A stretch of 64,000 nucleotides of DNA, taken from the sequence record OQ031493.1, one strand, 5' to 3'. This document shows, one piece after another, positions 22,587-35,697 of this stretch (its first letter is position 1; each line of letters opens with the position of its first letter). The notes beneath the pieces were generated by a model. The model was not told where the DNA came from. It ran no database searches and saw only the letters and a list, made by a program, of their open reading frames with translations. Made by a program: the position numbers and the translations under genes.

Positions 22587-23909
22587 TTACCTTACCTGGG
22601 AGGGATTATTTACTTGTTCTTGCGTAGGTCTTTGAATTGGACGCTGGTAAGCTTTTAATTCTAACTCGGTCACGAATACTAGTCGACCCATTACTCTGAC
22701 TAAACCAGCAAGAGCATTACTAAAATCTGTTATAACGCGACTTACATTATTGATCATTAATGTAATTGAATTAATGATATTCGAGATAGCAGGGATACCA
22801 TCGGGTGCATCAGGATCTTGAACTTTTGCTTGACGATTTCGCATATTAGATTGTTGTGCCCGAATCCTACCAGCTTGTTGACGATTAGTCTCAGCTAACT
22901 GCATTAACCTACCAAATTCAAAATCTAGTTTAGTGGCATAGTCTTTTCTAGCATCTATACGTTTAGCCATTTCGCTTAATAATACTAACCGTCTTCCAAT
23001 TGAACTCGTATCATTAACCTTAAAGGTATTGTTACCTTCAGGTGCATCCTTCATAGTAGGAATAGTATAAAACTTAAAGGCAAAATCACGGACAGTGTTT
23101 ACTAAAAAATCCCAATCCCTGATCTCTTCAGTCTGTGTTTCAGTTGGCCCTGCACCAAATAAAGTTTTATTACCTTGAACTGGCATACTACGATAAACTG
23201 TAGAACTTACTCTAAATCTATCATCTTTCTTAATAGGTACTGCACCCTTCATCCAGTTCTTAACATTAAACTTACTAAAGTCTTGTGCAGCTCTATCAGT
23301 CCATTTTTCATCAAATGATAATTTCCTAAGGATATCCGCTACAGATTGGATATACAAGAGTAGGGATTTATCATAGAAAGCTATCAAGTTGTTAACTTGC
23401 ATGAGTATCGGATCAACTGTAGTCGGTTCGAATTTACCATCAATACTAAATCGTTTAGTATTTTTAAATTTTAATTCTTGCTTAAATGGCTCATGCTTAA
23501 TATTTTCAGCTCTTTCTAAAAGCATGTTTATTCGTTCAAGAGTACGTTGATTACCTTGTGTAATAACACGTGCATACTCTTTTAACTCATCTCGATGCTT
23601 TGCTTGGGATTTTTTCATTTCATCCCAGGTATTTCGTGCTGTCTTAGATAGGTCTTCTAATGACACATTCTCAGTTTTTAGAATGTGTTCACTAACAACA
23701 TCTTGGTTATCTGTATATTTTTGAAATAAGCCATCGGTATAGGTTTTAACTAAAATGTCTTTTTCAGTGCATTCTAATCTACTTTGAATATCTTCAATTG
23801 ATGGCAATAATTCTTTTAGATATCCATCGCATGTAGCGATCATATCGACGGGGCTGTCCCCGTCGATTGATTCAAGTAAGACCGAATGACTAAGTGAATT
23901 ATTAGTCAT
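22587..23909 (-). CDS. internal head protein, gp92-like
   Basis: 440 aa; VSLEDL site; synteny. Confidence 0.65.
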   Translation of the reverse strand: MTNNSLSHSVLLESIDGDSPVDMIATCDGYLKELLPSIEDIQSRLECTEKDILVKTYTDGLFQKYTDNQDVVSEHILKTENVSLEDLSKTARNTWDEMKKSQAKHRDELKEYARVITQGNQRTLERINMLLERAENIKHEPFKQELKFKNTKRFSIDGKFEPTTVDPILMQVNNLIAFYDKSLLLYIQSVADILRKLSFDEKWTDRAAQDFSKFNVKNWMKGAVPIKKDDRFRVSSTVYRSMPVQGNKTLFGAGPTETQTEEIRDWDFLVNTVRDFAFKFYTIPTMKDAPEGNNTFKVNDTSSIGRRLVLLSEMAKRIDARKDYATKLDFEFGRLMQLAETNRQQAGRIRAQQSNMRNRQAKVQDPDAPDGIPAISNIINSITLMINNVSRVITDFSNALAGLVRVMGRLVFVTELELKAYQRPIQRPTQEQVNNPSQVR

Positions 23910-23918
23910 AGATAGTCC

Positions 23919-24449
23919 TCAGTCCTTATCTATTACTTCTACAGATCCAAATAGTAGATGTAGGGTATACATTAGATCATTCATACCGTTTTTGTGTTTA
24001 ACCCAATTCTGGATCATTGAAACAGTATCTAGATCTAATTTTAACTCATTAAAGAGAGTAGCAATTTCAGCGCGCGGTTCAATGAGTTGTGCACCAGCAT
24101 CTGGTTCAGTAGCTAGTAACATTGGCCATTGGGTAATTGAAATACGTCGATGACCCGTAGCAATGTATCGAACAGTATCTAATAGGAATTGATAATTATA
24201 ACTATCAATATTACTATTATTGTCCTGTAGAATAAACCAATTATAGTTTCCGCTAAAAAGACGAATAGCACAAGCTAGAACTTTCTTATGGAATTCCCAA
24301 TATGCAGTTTGTGCAGGAAAGTTGGTAAAGATAAGATATAGTTCTTCAACTTGAGGATCACCGGGACGAGCAGTGAACCGTGAAATGGCCTGTTGTTGAC
24401 CACCTGAGTAATTACGACCAAATGGGCGTACAGCATTAGTTGCTGGCAT
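23919..24449 (-). CDS. conserved protein, gp91-like
   Basis: Start moved to MPATN (GGAGG SD); synteny. Confidence 0.6.
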   Translation of the reverse strand: MPATNAVRPFGRNYSGGQQQAISRFTARPGDPQVEELYLIFTNFPAQTAYWEFHKKVLACAIRLFSGNYNWFILQDNNSNIDSYNYQFLLDTVRYIATGHRRISITQWPMLLATEPDAGAQLIEPRAEIATLFNELKLDLDTVSMIQNWVKHKNGMNDLMYTLHLLFGSVEVIDKD

Positions 24450-24463
24450 ATCAATGCCCTCCA

Positions 24464-25396
24464 TTAGTGACCAAGAGATAGTAGATCACGATGGTTAGCA
24501 AAGAACTCAGATGCGCGATCTTGGATCATACCTAGGCGATAGTTATAATCAGAGATACGAATTTCATACTCTTTAATAAGCTTCTGTAGGCGTGCATCCA
24601 CTTTACCATTACTTTGCATTTCCCGCATTTCTTGTAAACGTAGTTGAAGTGCAAGGAATTCTTGCTCAGCTTCTTTAAAACGTTCAACCTGATACTCAGC
24701 TAAGAACTTGCCAAATAGCACGAACGGGTTCTGACGAGGTGAGAAGCCATCCATGTTAAGTGGATCACGTTGAGCTATAGAGAGAGCACTCACAGCTACA
24801 TCATAAGTACCTTCATTGACTTCAGCACTAGATGCACGACTTAAGCGTTGTTTCAGTTCATTAGTCTTAAGACTCATTGCTGGATACAGAGTAATGAATT
24901 GCGCCATATTAGTGTATAGCCATTCTTTCTCAGCACGAGATGATTTTAATTCTGTAGCCTTACCTAATTTCATTGCTTCTTGTGCAATTAGATTTAGTAG
25001 TAGTTTACGGCCATAACGAATATAGAAACTAAGACCATCAACAAAACGTAACATGTTTGCACGGTCAAAGGTTAGATTAGAGTTAGTAAACTGAATAGCA
25101 AATAAACGCCGGATTTCGCTTTCGATCATATCAAAGCTACCACGAATATTTGAAAGAGTATCCAGTACTAGTTTAATCGGTTCAGTATTAAAACTAATCG
25201 CTCGCCGTAGTTCAGTAGATAACCGCATACCTAAATCTGATTTAAGTTGCATATTACCAAATACTTCACCTACATCGTCAATAATTGGTGCGAGAGTTGC
25301 ATCATATTCTTCACGTAATGAACGGATTTGATTTAATAGTTCACGACGTTCAGTAACTGGTGCGAGTTCACGTACATAATCAATAATTCTCATCAC
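24464..25396 (-). CDS. major inner-body protein, gp90-like
   Basis: 310-aa helical protein; synteny. Confidence 0.65.
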   Translation of the reverse strand: MMRIIDYVRELAPVTERRELLNQIRSLREEYDATLAPIIDDVGEVFGNMQLKSDLGMRLSTELRRAISFNTEPIKLVLDTLSNIRGSFDMIESEIRRLFAIQFTNSNLTFDRANMLRFVDGLSFYIRYGRKLLLNLIAQEAMKLGKATELKSSRAEKEWLYTNMAQFITLYPAMSLKTNELKQRLSRASSAEVNEGTYDVAVSALSIAQRDPLNMDGFSPRQNPFVLFGKFLAEYQVERFKEAEQEFLALQLRLQEMREMQSNGKVDARLQKLIKEYEIRISDYNYRLGMIQDRASEFFANHRDLLSLGH

Positions 25397-25403
25397 TCAG
25401 TCC

Positions 25404-26567
25404 TTAAATATTGGTAGACATGGTTTTATTCATCATTTTAAAGATCTCAGTGATATCCGGACCTTTATTCTTTTCAGCCATTTTAATTTCATCAAGTCGG
25501 TGAGATGTAGATAGATCAACCCCACGATGATAAATAGTTACTCGCTCATAACGGTCATCAATAACAACAAGCATCATTAGATAGCTATTGTCAAAGATCT
25601 TTTGCCGAGTGGCGAAATCATCAATACGACCATAAAGAGAATTAGAAGCAGCTTTAAGAGTTGAAGTTGATACAATCGCGATATTTGATGCATCTGCTAA
25701 TGAAACCGTACCACTGCGAACTGATTGTTTCCAGTTGTTACGGCGACGATCGGTGATTTGTTTATAAACACCTGATTTATCATTCATTAGAATGCGATAA
25801 TGTTCATCGATCATATCTTGACCTAGAACGAAGTCACGCCAGAATTTAATTTGACCAGTTTTTACTAGAAATAGGCGATGTAGCCAAGTATCTCGTCCAC
25901 CAGCACTAAAGATGTGCGCAATAATCTGAGGACTAACAGCGGCTGGAATTAAACGGATCATAACAGGAATTTTAGCTTTCTGCTTTCCTGATTTAACATC
26001 AACGTTAACCAGCTTACCAACGGCAAGGTTTTCAACTTCATAAATCTTTTGTGTATCACCACTAGAAATACTTTGTGCACTTGTACTTTCGTCATTCGCT
26101 TCCATTGAAGCTACCCAACGCTCATGTGAGTGTTCAGCGACGATATTTGGTAAATGCACAGGCTTCTCAAAAGACTCTAATGAAGGAAGACCATCAGAAT
26201 ACTCTTCGGCAGAGAATACACTAGTGCGAGTTACACCTGTACGGTTAGGATTAATAGTATCGAATACTTTTAAAGTATCAATCTTATCCACACCTAGAAG
26301 CATATTAACAGCTTGTAGATAATAACCAGTAAAAGACGATGAAACAAATTTCATAACGTCTTTCATGTAAGGTTGATCAACTAAGGTTTGGTCTACGATG
26401 ACCAATGGTTCAACACGAGTTGGACGTGCTAGATCGGTTAGAGAAGAAATCTCTACACCATTTTTAGTGGCTTGTAGGACAGTCTGCATTAGACCACGTA
26501 CACCTTGATCAGCAGCAACAGTCATCAGAGCAGAACTTACTGCTCCGGCGATTACAGGTAATGGCAT
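25404..26567 (-). CDS. major inner-body protein, gp89-like
   Basis: 387 aa; internal SLE/SME sites; ARPTRVEPLVIVD segment; synteny. Confidence 0.7.
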   Translation of the reverse strand: MPLPVIAGAVSSALMTVAADQGVRGLMQTVLQATKNGVEISSLTDLARPTRVEPLVIVDQTLVDQPYMKDVMKFVSSSFTGYYLQAVNMLLGVDKIDTLKVFDTINPNRTGVTRTSVFSAEEYSDGLPSLESFEKPVHLPNIVAEHSHERWVASMEANDESTSAQSISSGDTQKIYEVENLAVGKLVNVDVKSGKQKAKIPVMIRLIPAAVSPQIIAHIFSAGGRDTWLHRLFLVKTGQIKFWRDFVLGQDMIDEHYRILMNDKSGVYKQITDRRRNNWKQSVRSGTVSLADASNIAIVSTSTLKAASNSLYGRIDDFATRQKIFDNSYLMMLVVIDDRYERVTIYHRGVDLSTSHRLDEIKMAEKNKGPDITEIFKMMNKTMSTNI

Positions 26568-26603
26568 TTTTCTCTTCCTATATGGGTTTGCAGAGAGTTA
26601 TAA

Positions 26604-30575
<3,972 letters not shown>

Positions 30576-30583
30576 GGTCATAA

Positions 30584-30612
30584 GCCCTCCCCTAGGGGAG
30601 GGCATTATGTTG
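30584..30612. terminator. bidirectional terminator
   Basis: GCCCTCCCC/GGGGAGGGC between convergent genes, with TTATG on both sides. Confidence 0.8.
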
Positions 30613-30616
30613 TATT

Positions 30617-31906
30617 TTACATTGCATAACCACGTTTAAAGTCATCAATGACTTTATCAAATCGACGCTGCCATTCGCGAATAGCATCATTGAAGCCATG
30701 GATCTTATAATCTTCACTAACTACTTGTGCACACTTACCATAATAGTTAAGTACGCAACTAGCTGCTAGATATTGTGCTTGAGAATATTCAAACATCGTA
30801 TCAGTAATACGACGCATACCTTCAAGGGAGGTATTAATTAATTGAACAGACTCACCAATAGCATCAATAGTTTCTTGACTATAGTTACGTGATAGTTGCT
30901 TTAATTTACGTAAAGCATCACTACTATTGCGATATGCTTTTAACAAATCATCAAGTGGTGCGACAAAACGATCTTTTAATAGATGTGAGTTTTTCCAGAA
31001 ATTCTTATCGGGGAAATCTGGAATGCTTGAACGATCAGGATATACTGTAGATAGTTCATTGCACCGGGTAGCTAGTTTACCAATCTCACGGATGTTGACA
31101 ATAGGCATAAGTGCACGATAATCATCACCATTGTAATTAACATATTCAATGATAGTGCCAACTAGCTTTTCCATTGTACCTAGTTCAGTACGTGCTTCAT
31201 TATTAATATTAATGATTTCTTTCTGGTAGTATACACTGCCAAATGCAGCAGCATATACACGACTAGCTAGGATTTTAGGATCATCAATGATTGATTGTGC
31301 AATTGCATCAAACTTTTCTAGTAATGCATCCTTTCGATTACCTAATCGATTTTTAACTAGTAACTCTTGAAAGAGAGTACGTGCTTGATCAACTGCCCGG
31401 ACAATCTTTCCATAACGAGTTGCTACAACAACATCACGCTTCTTAAAATCACTAATCCAACGCATCAGCTTAGCAAATAGTTCCATTAGTTTCTCAAACC
31501 AAGTCTTAAGAGTATTAATGATGGTAGCCATCACTGCCTCTTGAGAAATAGTCACATTAAGAGTACTACGGGTTGGTGTAAACATAGAAGCATATTGCTC
31601 AAGTGAAGCTACTGCTTTCTTAGGAGCTTCAAACCCTTCAGTGCTCATGCGCTTAACTAATGCTCGAATACCATCAACATCTGGTTTTGATACGCCTTCA
31701 AGTTTAGTGATTGCATAAATATCAGATAGCTGATGAATCGCTTCGACAGCTACACACATCTTAGCTAAAATTTCAGGAGCCGAGGCACTTGAAACAGTCT
31801 CTTCTTCGCCTTCAACCATCTCTGGTTGGTTCTCATCAAAGAAAAGTTTTTCCTCTTCGACATCTACTTCTTTAACATGAGACATGGGTTTAACCTCACT
31901 CATCAA
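30617..31906 (-). CDS. internal head protein, gp86-like
   Basis: Acidic N-terminus with STE, SLE and ISQE sites. Confidence 0.65.
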   Translation of the reverse strand: MMSEVKPMSHVKEVDVEEEKLFFDENQPEMVEGEEETVSSASAPEILAKMCVAVEAIHQLSDIYAITKLEGVSKPDVDGIRALVKRMSTEGFEAPKKAVASLEQYASMFTPTRSTLNVTISQEAVMATIINTLKTWFEKLMELFAKLMRWISDFKKRDVVVATRYGKIVRAVDQARTLFQELLVKNRLGNRKDALLEKFDAIAQSIIDDPKILASRVYAAAFGSVYYQKEIININNEARTELGTMEKLVGTIIEYVNYNGDDYRALMPIVNIREIGKLATRCNELSTVYPDRSSIPDFPDKNFWKNSHLLKDRFVAPLDDLLKAYRNSSDALRKLKQLSRNYSQETIDAIGESVQLINTSLEGMRRITDTMFEYSQAQYLAASCVLNYYGKCAQVVSEDYKIHGFNDAIREWQRRFDKVIDDFKRGYAM

Positions 31907-32345
31907 TACTACCGATTAATTGATTTAATGCATTACCCATGTCTGCTTGGATACGGTTATAATCTGGGCCATTAACAACGGCAGAGACAATATTGATATC
32001 ATCGACAGTTAGATAATCATTAGCGGTATCAGATGTCAGTACAGCTTTGACAAGACATGGATCAGTAATACCGTTGATAAGACTTTGGCGAATGCGAAGA
32101 ATATTGTTAAAATAGGTTACGGCTAGTTTAGTATCAACTGCAATATTCTCATTAACTTTACTTAAGATTTTCTTAAATTTAGCAACAGCTTTATCCTGTT
32201 GTTCATTGAAATCAAGTAAAATCTCAAATGGAATCTGTAATGCCACCGCATTAGCTAGGAGCATTGCGCGGGTTTTACGATCAGAACCACCTAAGTTAGG
32301 CAGTTGCTTTAGAATACGGGAAAGTTCAAAACCTAATTGTTGCAT
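31896..32345 (-). CDS. conserved virion-associated protein, gp85-like
   Basis: 149 aa; synteny. Confidence 0.55.
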   Translation of the reverse strand: MQQLGFELSRILKQLPNLGGSDRKTRAMLLANAVALQIPFEILLDFNEQQDKAVAKFKKILSKVNENIAVDTKLAVTYFNNILRIRQSLINGITDPCLVKAVLTSDTANDYLTVDDINIVSAVVNGPDYNRIQADMGNALNQLIGSIDE

Positions 32346-32356
32346 GATTTTTCTCT

Positions 32357-33598
32357 CTATTTAGTTAAGCGGTAGGCTCTTACAAATAAGTCATTATTTA
32401 ATAGACTTTCTAAAGTATCTTCTAATTCAGTAGCCCGTTTATCATTACGACGCTGGGGACTAAGGAAATCTAAAATTTTATCAAAAATGGTCCACTCATT
32501 AGCTAAATCATTTATCAATGAATCAATTACTTTAATGTCATCATCAATTCCTGGTTTTAGTGTTGAGTCCTTTACCCATTTAAGTTGTGCTACTAGATCT
32601 TGTTTAATTTTCATTAAACGTTGTCGTTGATTGTCATAGCGTGAACTAATTGGATCATATCCAGCATGTAGATTACCGGCAATAATACCTAATGTAACAG
32701 GTAAACCAATGATCATAAATAGACCTTTGAATACCTCAGCGGTGATATGGCTAGAAACTGATCTGTATTCACGATCATTATAATACCGACCTGATTTAGT
32801 TAATGCCGTTGCCAGCGGCCTTCCATAACCTAATCGAGTGGCGAATAAATCAGCTAATTGCTCATCGCGCTTACGTGATTGAACATCACCAGTTAAATGT
32901 GGACGTTGTGCTTTCTTAAATGATGATAGAATTACTTTACGGATATTTCCTTCAGTCCTATCATTAACAAACTTCTCATAATCAGCTGGATCAACATTCT
33001 TCTTTAACCATGTTTCATCCAATAATTGGATCTTATACTTATTAGCTTTCCTACCTTGTAAGATAAGTATACCTTCAGTAAGTGCATAGTTAAGATAGAC
33101 GTAGTCACCCATTGTAGCCAGTGTTTCCCAACAATGCCCAATTTCATGTAATGTAATAGCAGTAGCTTCTGCTATACTAACACGGTTAATAGCCGATAAT
33201 AGACCGATGGATAAACCGATCTTGTATTTAAAAGTTGCAACAGCTTCACCCGTAACTTTTAAATTTGTTAAATCAATATTAATGAATGTATTGACACCTT
33301 GCTCAGTTGCTAAAGTAACTCGATTAATATTGTCAAATTTACTACCAGTATGTCCAACTGTAAAGGATGTGAATGCACCACCCATTATACCCTGATCATC
33401 TAGATGCGTAAACTCGATATTCATATTGAGGATCTTAGAAACATCATCACTTAGTGACCTAAAGTCATTAATATCTATTCTCTGTTGATTATCTAATTTA
33501 TCACGAATCTTGGTTAGATGTTCTTCTATCAATGGACCTAAGTCACGCTTAACATTCACATCTAACACTTCATTAGAGATTTCTATCGTATGTAGCAT
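32357..33598 (-). CDS. virion protein gp84-like with zincin (HExxH) motif
   Basis: AITLHEIGH plus downstream DEQLADLFA. Confidence 0.7.
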   Translation of the reverse strand: MLHTIEISNEVLDVNVKRDLGPLIEEHLTKIRDKLDNQQRIDINDFRSLSDDVSKILNMNIEFTHLDDQGIMGGAFTSFTVGHTGSKFDNINRVTLATEQGVNTFINIDLTNLKVTGEAVATFKYKIGLSIGLLSAINRVSIAEATAITLHEIGHCWETLATMGDYVYLNYALTEGILILQGRKANKYKIQLLDETWLKKNVDPADYEKFVNDRTEGNIRKVILSSFKKAQRPHLTGDVQSRKRDEQLADLFATRLGYGRPLATALTKSGRYYNDREYRSVSSHITAEVFKGLFMIIGLPVTLGIIAGNLHAGYDPISSRYDNQRQRLMKIKQDLVAQLKWVKDSTLKPGIDDDIKVIDSLINDLANEWTIFDKILDFLSPQRRNDKRATELEDTLESLLNNDLFVRAYRLTK

Positions 33599-33699
33599 TT
33601 TATATCTCTACCAGTATTAATTTATAATCATAAAGATAAGGCTGCGTTGTATAGAATTCAATCCTATGCACTACGTATTATAAAAGAGGCGAACACAAA

Positions 33700-35214
33700 A
33701 TGTTTGAGTTATTGTTGTCTTCTGGACTAACAAATACGCCTATATATTCCGATCCTTATCCAGGTCCTAAAACACTGATAGCTGGGACAAGGGAATTAGG
33801 TTTGTATGGTGAAACAACATCTTCAGAATTATTCGGTTATGATGATGCGGCTAAATTAGTTAATATGACATTTGGAACAGTAATCAATGATGGACAACCA
33901 TGGTTAAAGTTCTCTAATAAAAATGTTACTTGTTACATACCGAAGAAACCAGCTCGTAAATCAATACAGAAATCACGGCTTAATAATGCCGGACTTCGTA
34001 ATGGTGACTATGAAGTTAGATTTATGGGGAACATTTATAAATTTGGTTTATTAACAATGGCTGGTGCCACATCAGAATGGCAAAGGTTACTTTATAATGT
34101 TCATGTGTCTAATTTAAATGGTGCTAACTGGCCTTATAAATTTACAGATAATGACTTAGGTATTAACCAAGCGGTCGCTGGTGGTATTAGTACTGATGGC
34201 ACCACTAACTGGGGAAGAGATCCAGGTAGTGATCCAGTTAATGACCAGCTCTATCGTGGCTACTATGCAATTGATATAACTAACTCGTCAAGTAGTGAGA
34301 CTGGCGCCGCAACCCAAGGTTGGCGCCCAGTGGTTTATGCTAGTGGTACATATCCGTTCGTTAAAGATAATGTTATTAAACTTACTGATTTTGAAACTGA
34401 TAATGAAATGGCAGCAGGTGCCCAAATAGGTAACTTAGTCTATTATTATGGCGGTAAGAATAATGCTAATACTTCTCTACGTACACTGAATTTAGTCACG
34501 GGTAAGTTAACAACATTACAACCAACTGGTACACCTATAGCAGTTAAACAATGCTCGGCTGTTGCATTTAATGGTAAAGTATATTTCTATGGTGGTGAAA
34601 GCGCCACAGATGGTGTACTTACTAAAGATATGCAGTGTTATGATCCTGCAACTAACACATGGGAAATAAAATCACCAGGTGCGATAGCTTGCCGGTATGC
34701 ACGTGGAACTAGTCTTAATGGGTTAATCTACATATTAGGTGCAGCTGATACAACTGCAACAAATAATCGCGGATTTACATTAATGTACAATCCAACTACA
34801 GATACATATACCAGTGGTGCAGCATTCAATGATACTGGTACGTATACCCAAGATTATACAGTGAGTGTTTATAATAATAGCGTATGTGTTATTGGCGGTA
34901 CGGTTGGTGCTGGTGTTAATACTGGAATCATATCGTACAATCAAACCAACAATAATTGGTCTAAACCAATAACTACAGGTATACCTCTCGGTGCTGCTAT
35001 TAATATACGTCCATCTGGTGAACTTTATGTAATCGCTGGTGAAAATCAAAATAATGCACCAATTAAGTATTATGAACCACGATTAGCACGATGGATAAAT
35101 TTAGGTAATTTAGAAACTGGTCTAGTAGATGCAGGTTTTGCTAATACGTTTAATAATGATGGCAAGATTTATGTTCTAAACGGTAATCAGAATTTAAAAT
35201 ACCAAATTAGTTAA
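33700..35214 (+). CDS. virion structural/tail-associated protein with Kelch beta-propeller
   Basis: MFELLLS N-terminus and LYGE...WLKF...KKPAR domain of the phiKZ gp83/gp131-type paralogs; six Kelch-like blades (YYYGG, YFYGG, YILGA, CVIGG, YVIAG, YVLNG). Confidence 0.75.
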   Translation: MFELLLSSGLTNTPIYSDPYPGPKTLIAGTRELGLYGETTSSELFGYDDAAKLVNMTFGTVINDGQPWLKFSNKNVTCYIPKKPARKSIQKSRLNNAGLRNGDYEVRFMGNIYKFGLLTMAGATSEWQRLLYNVHVSNLNGANWPYKFTDNDLGINQAVAGGISTDGTTNWGRDPGSDPVNDQLYRGYYAIDITNSSSSETGAATQGWRPVVYASGTYPFVKDNVIKLTDFETDNEMAAGAQIGNLVYYYGGKNNANTSLRTLNLVTGKLTTLQPTGTPIAVKQCSAVAFNGKVYFYGGESATDGVLTKDMQCYDPATNTWEIKSPGAIACRYARGTSLNGLIYILGAADTTATNNRGFTLMYNPTTDTYTSGAAFNDTGTYTQDYTVSVYNNSVCVIGGTVGAGVNTGIISYNQTNNNWSKPITTGIPLGAAINIRPSGELYVIAGENQNNAPIKYYEPRLARWINLGNLETGLVDAGFANTFNNDGKIYVLNGNQNLKYQIS

Positions 35215-35220
35215 CGAAAT

Positions 35221-35252
35221 AAACCCTCCCATTACGGGAGGGTTTTATGACG
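35221..35252. terminator. bidirectional terminator
   Basis: AAACCCTCCC-ATTAC-GGGAGGGTTT between convergent frames. Confidence 0.75.
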
Positions 35253-35316
35253 TGTAGAAGTTTATGTTAGCAGTAATAATCAATTGACAATATTTAATTA
35301 GGAATACCTTCCATTT

Positions 35317-35697
35317 TTAATATCCTTCATTGAGTAGTTCCGCTAGAGCACGTGCCTGTGAAATATCAGTGGAAGCAAAAACATCAGAAAGATAATTATC
35401 ATGATCTTTCGCATTCTGACGCAATTCATCCATTAGATGTTTATTAGATACCGCCCATACTTTCCACAGATTTTTATAATCATCATATTTAGGATTATAT
35501 CCATCTAGTGGTGGTTTTCCTTTACCCGCTTTCCAGTGGTTGGAATATATGCGATATCCTTTACAATCTAACTGCCAAGCTTCCTCAATTGTTCTGCCAT
35601 CAGGAAGCCTTGCGTAAAGAGCCGAGAATCTTTTGTCGCCAACAGATGAGCATTCATATCCTCCTCGGCGCCTCCACTGATATATTACTTTGGGTTC
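35317..35697 (-). CDS. start-less open frame, NADAR-like protein (via -1 frameshift from the DNA polymerase gene or an AUA start)
   Basis: 126 stop-free codons: EPKVIYQWRRRGGYECSSVGDKRFSALYARLPDGRTIEEAWQLDCKGY...LSDVFASTDISQARALAELLNEGY*; first ATG/GTG/TTG is at codon 89. Confidence 0.7.
   Translation of the reverse strand, partial: EPKVIYQWRRRGGYECSSVGDKRFSALYARLPDGRTIEEAWQLDCKGYRIYSNHWKAGKGKPPLDGYNPKYDDYKNLWKVWAVSNKHLMDELRQNAKDHDNYLSDVFASTDISQARALAELLNEGY

Noticed and set aside
35568-35657. 29-aa minus-strand ORF preceded by GAGGAGG
   Set aside because: SD-to-ATG spacing is only about 2 nt; the GGAGG runs are explained as W-R-R-R-G-G codons of the longer overlapping frame.
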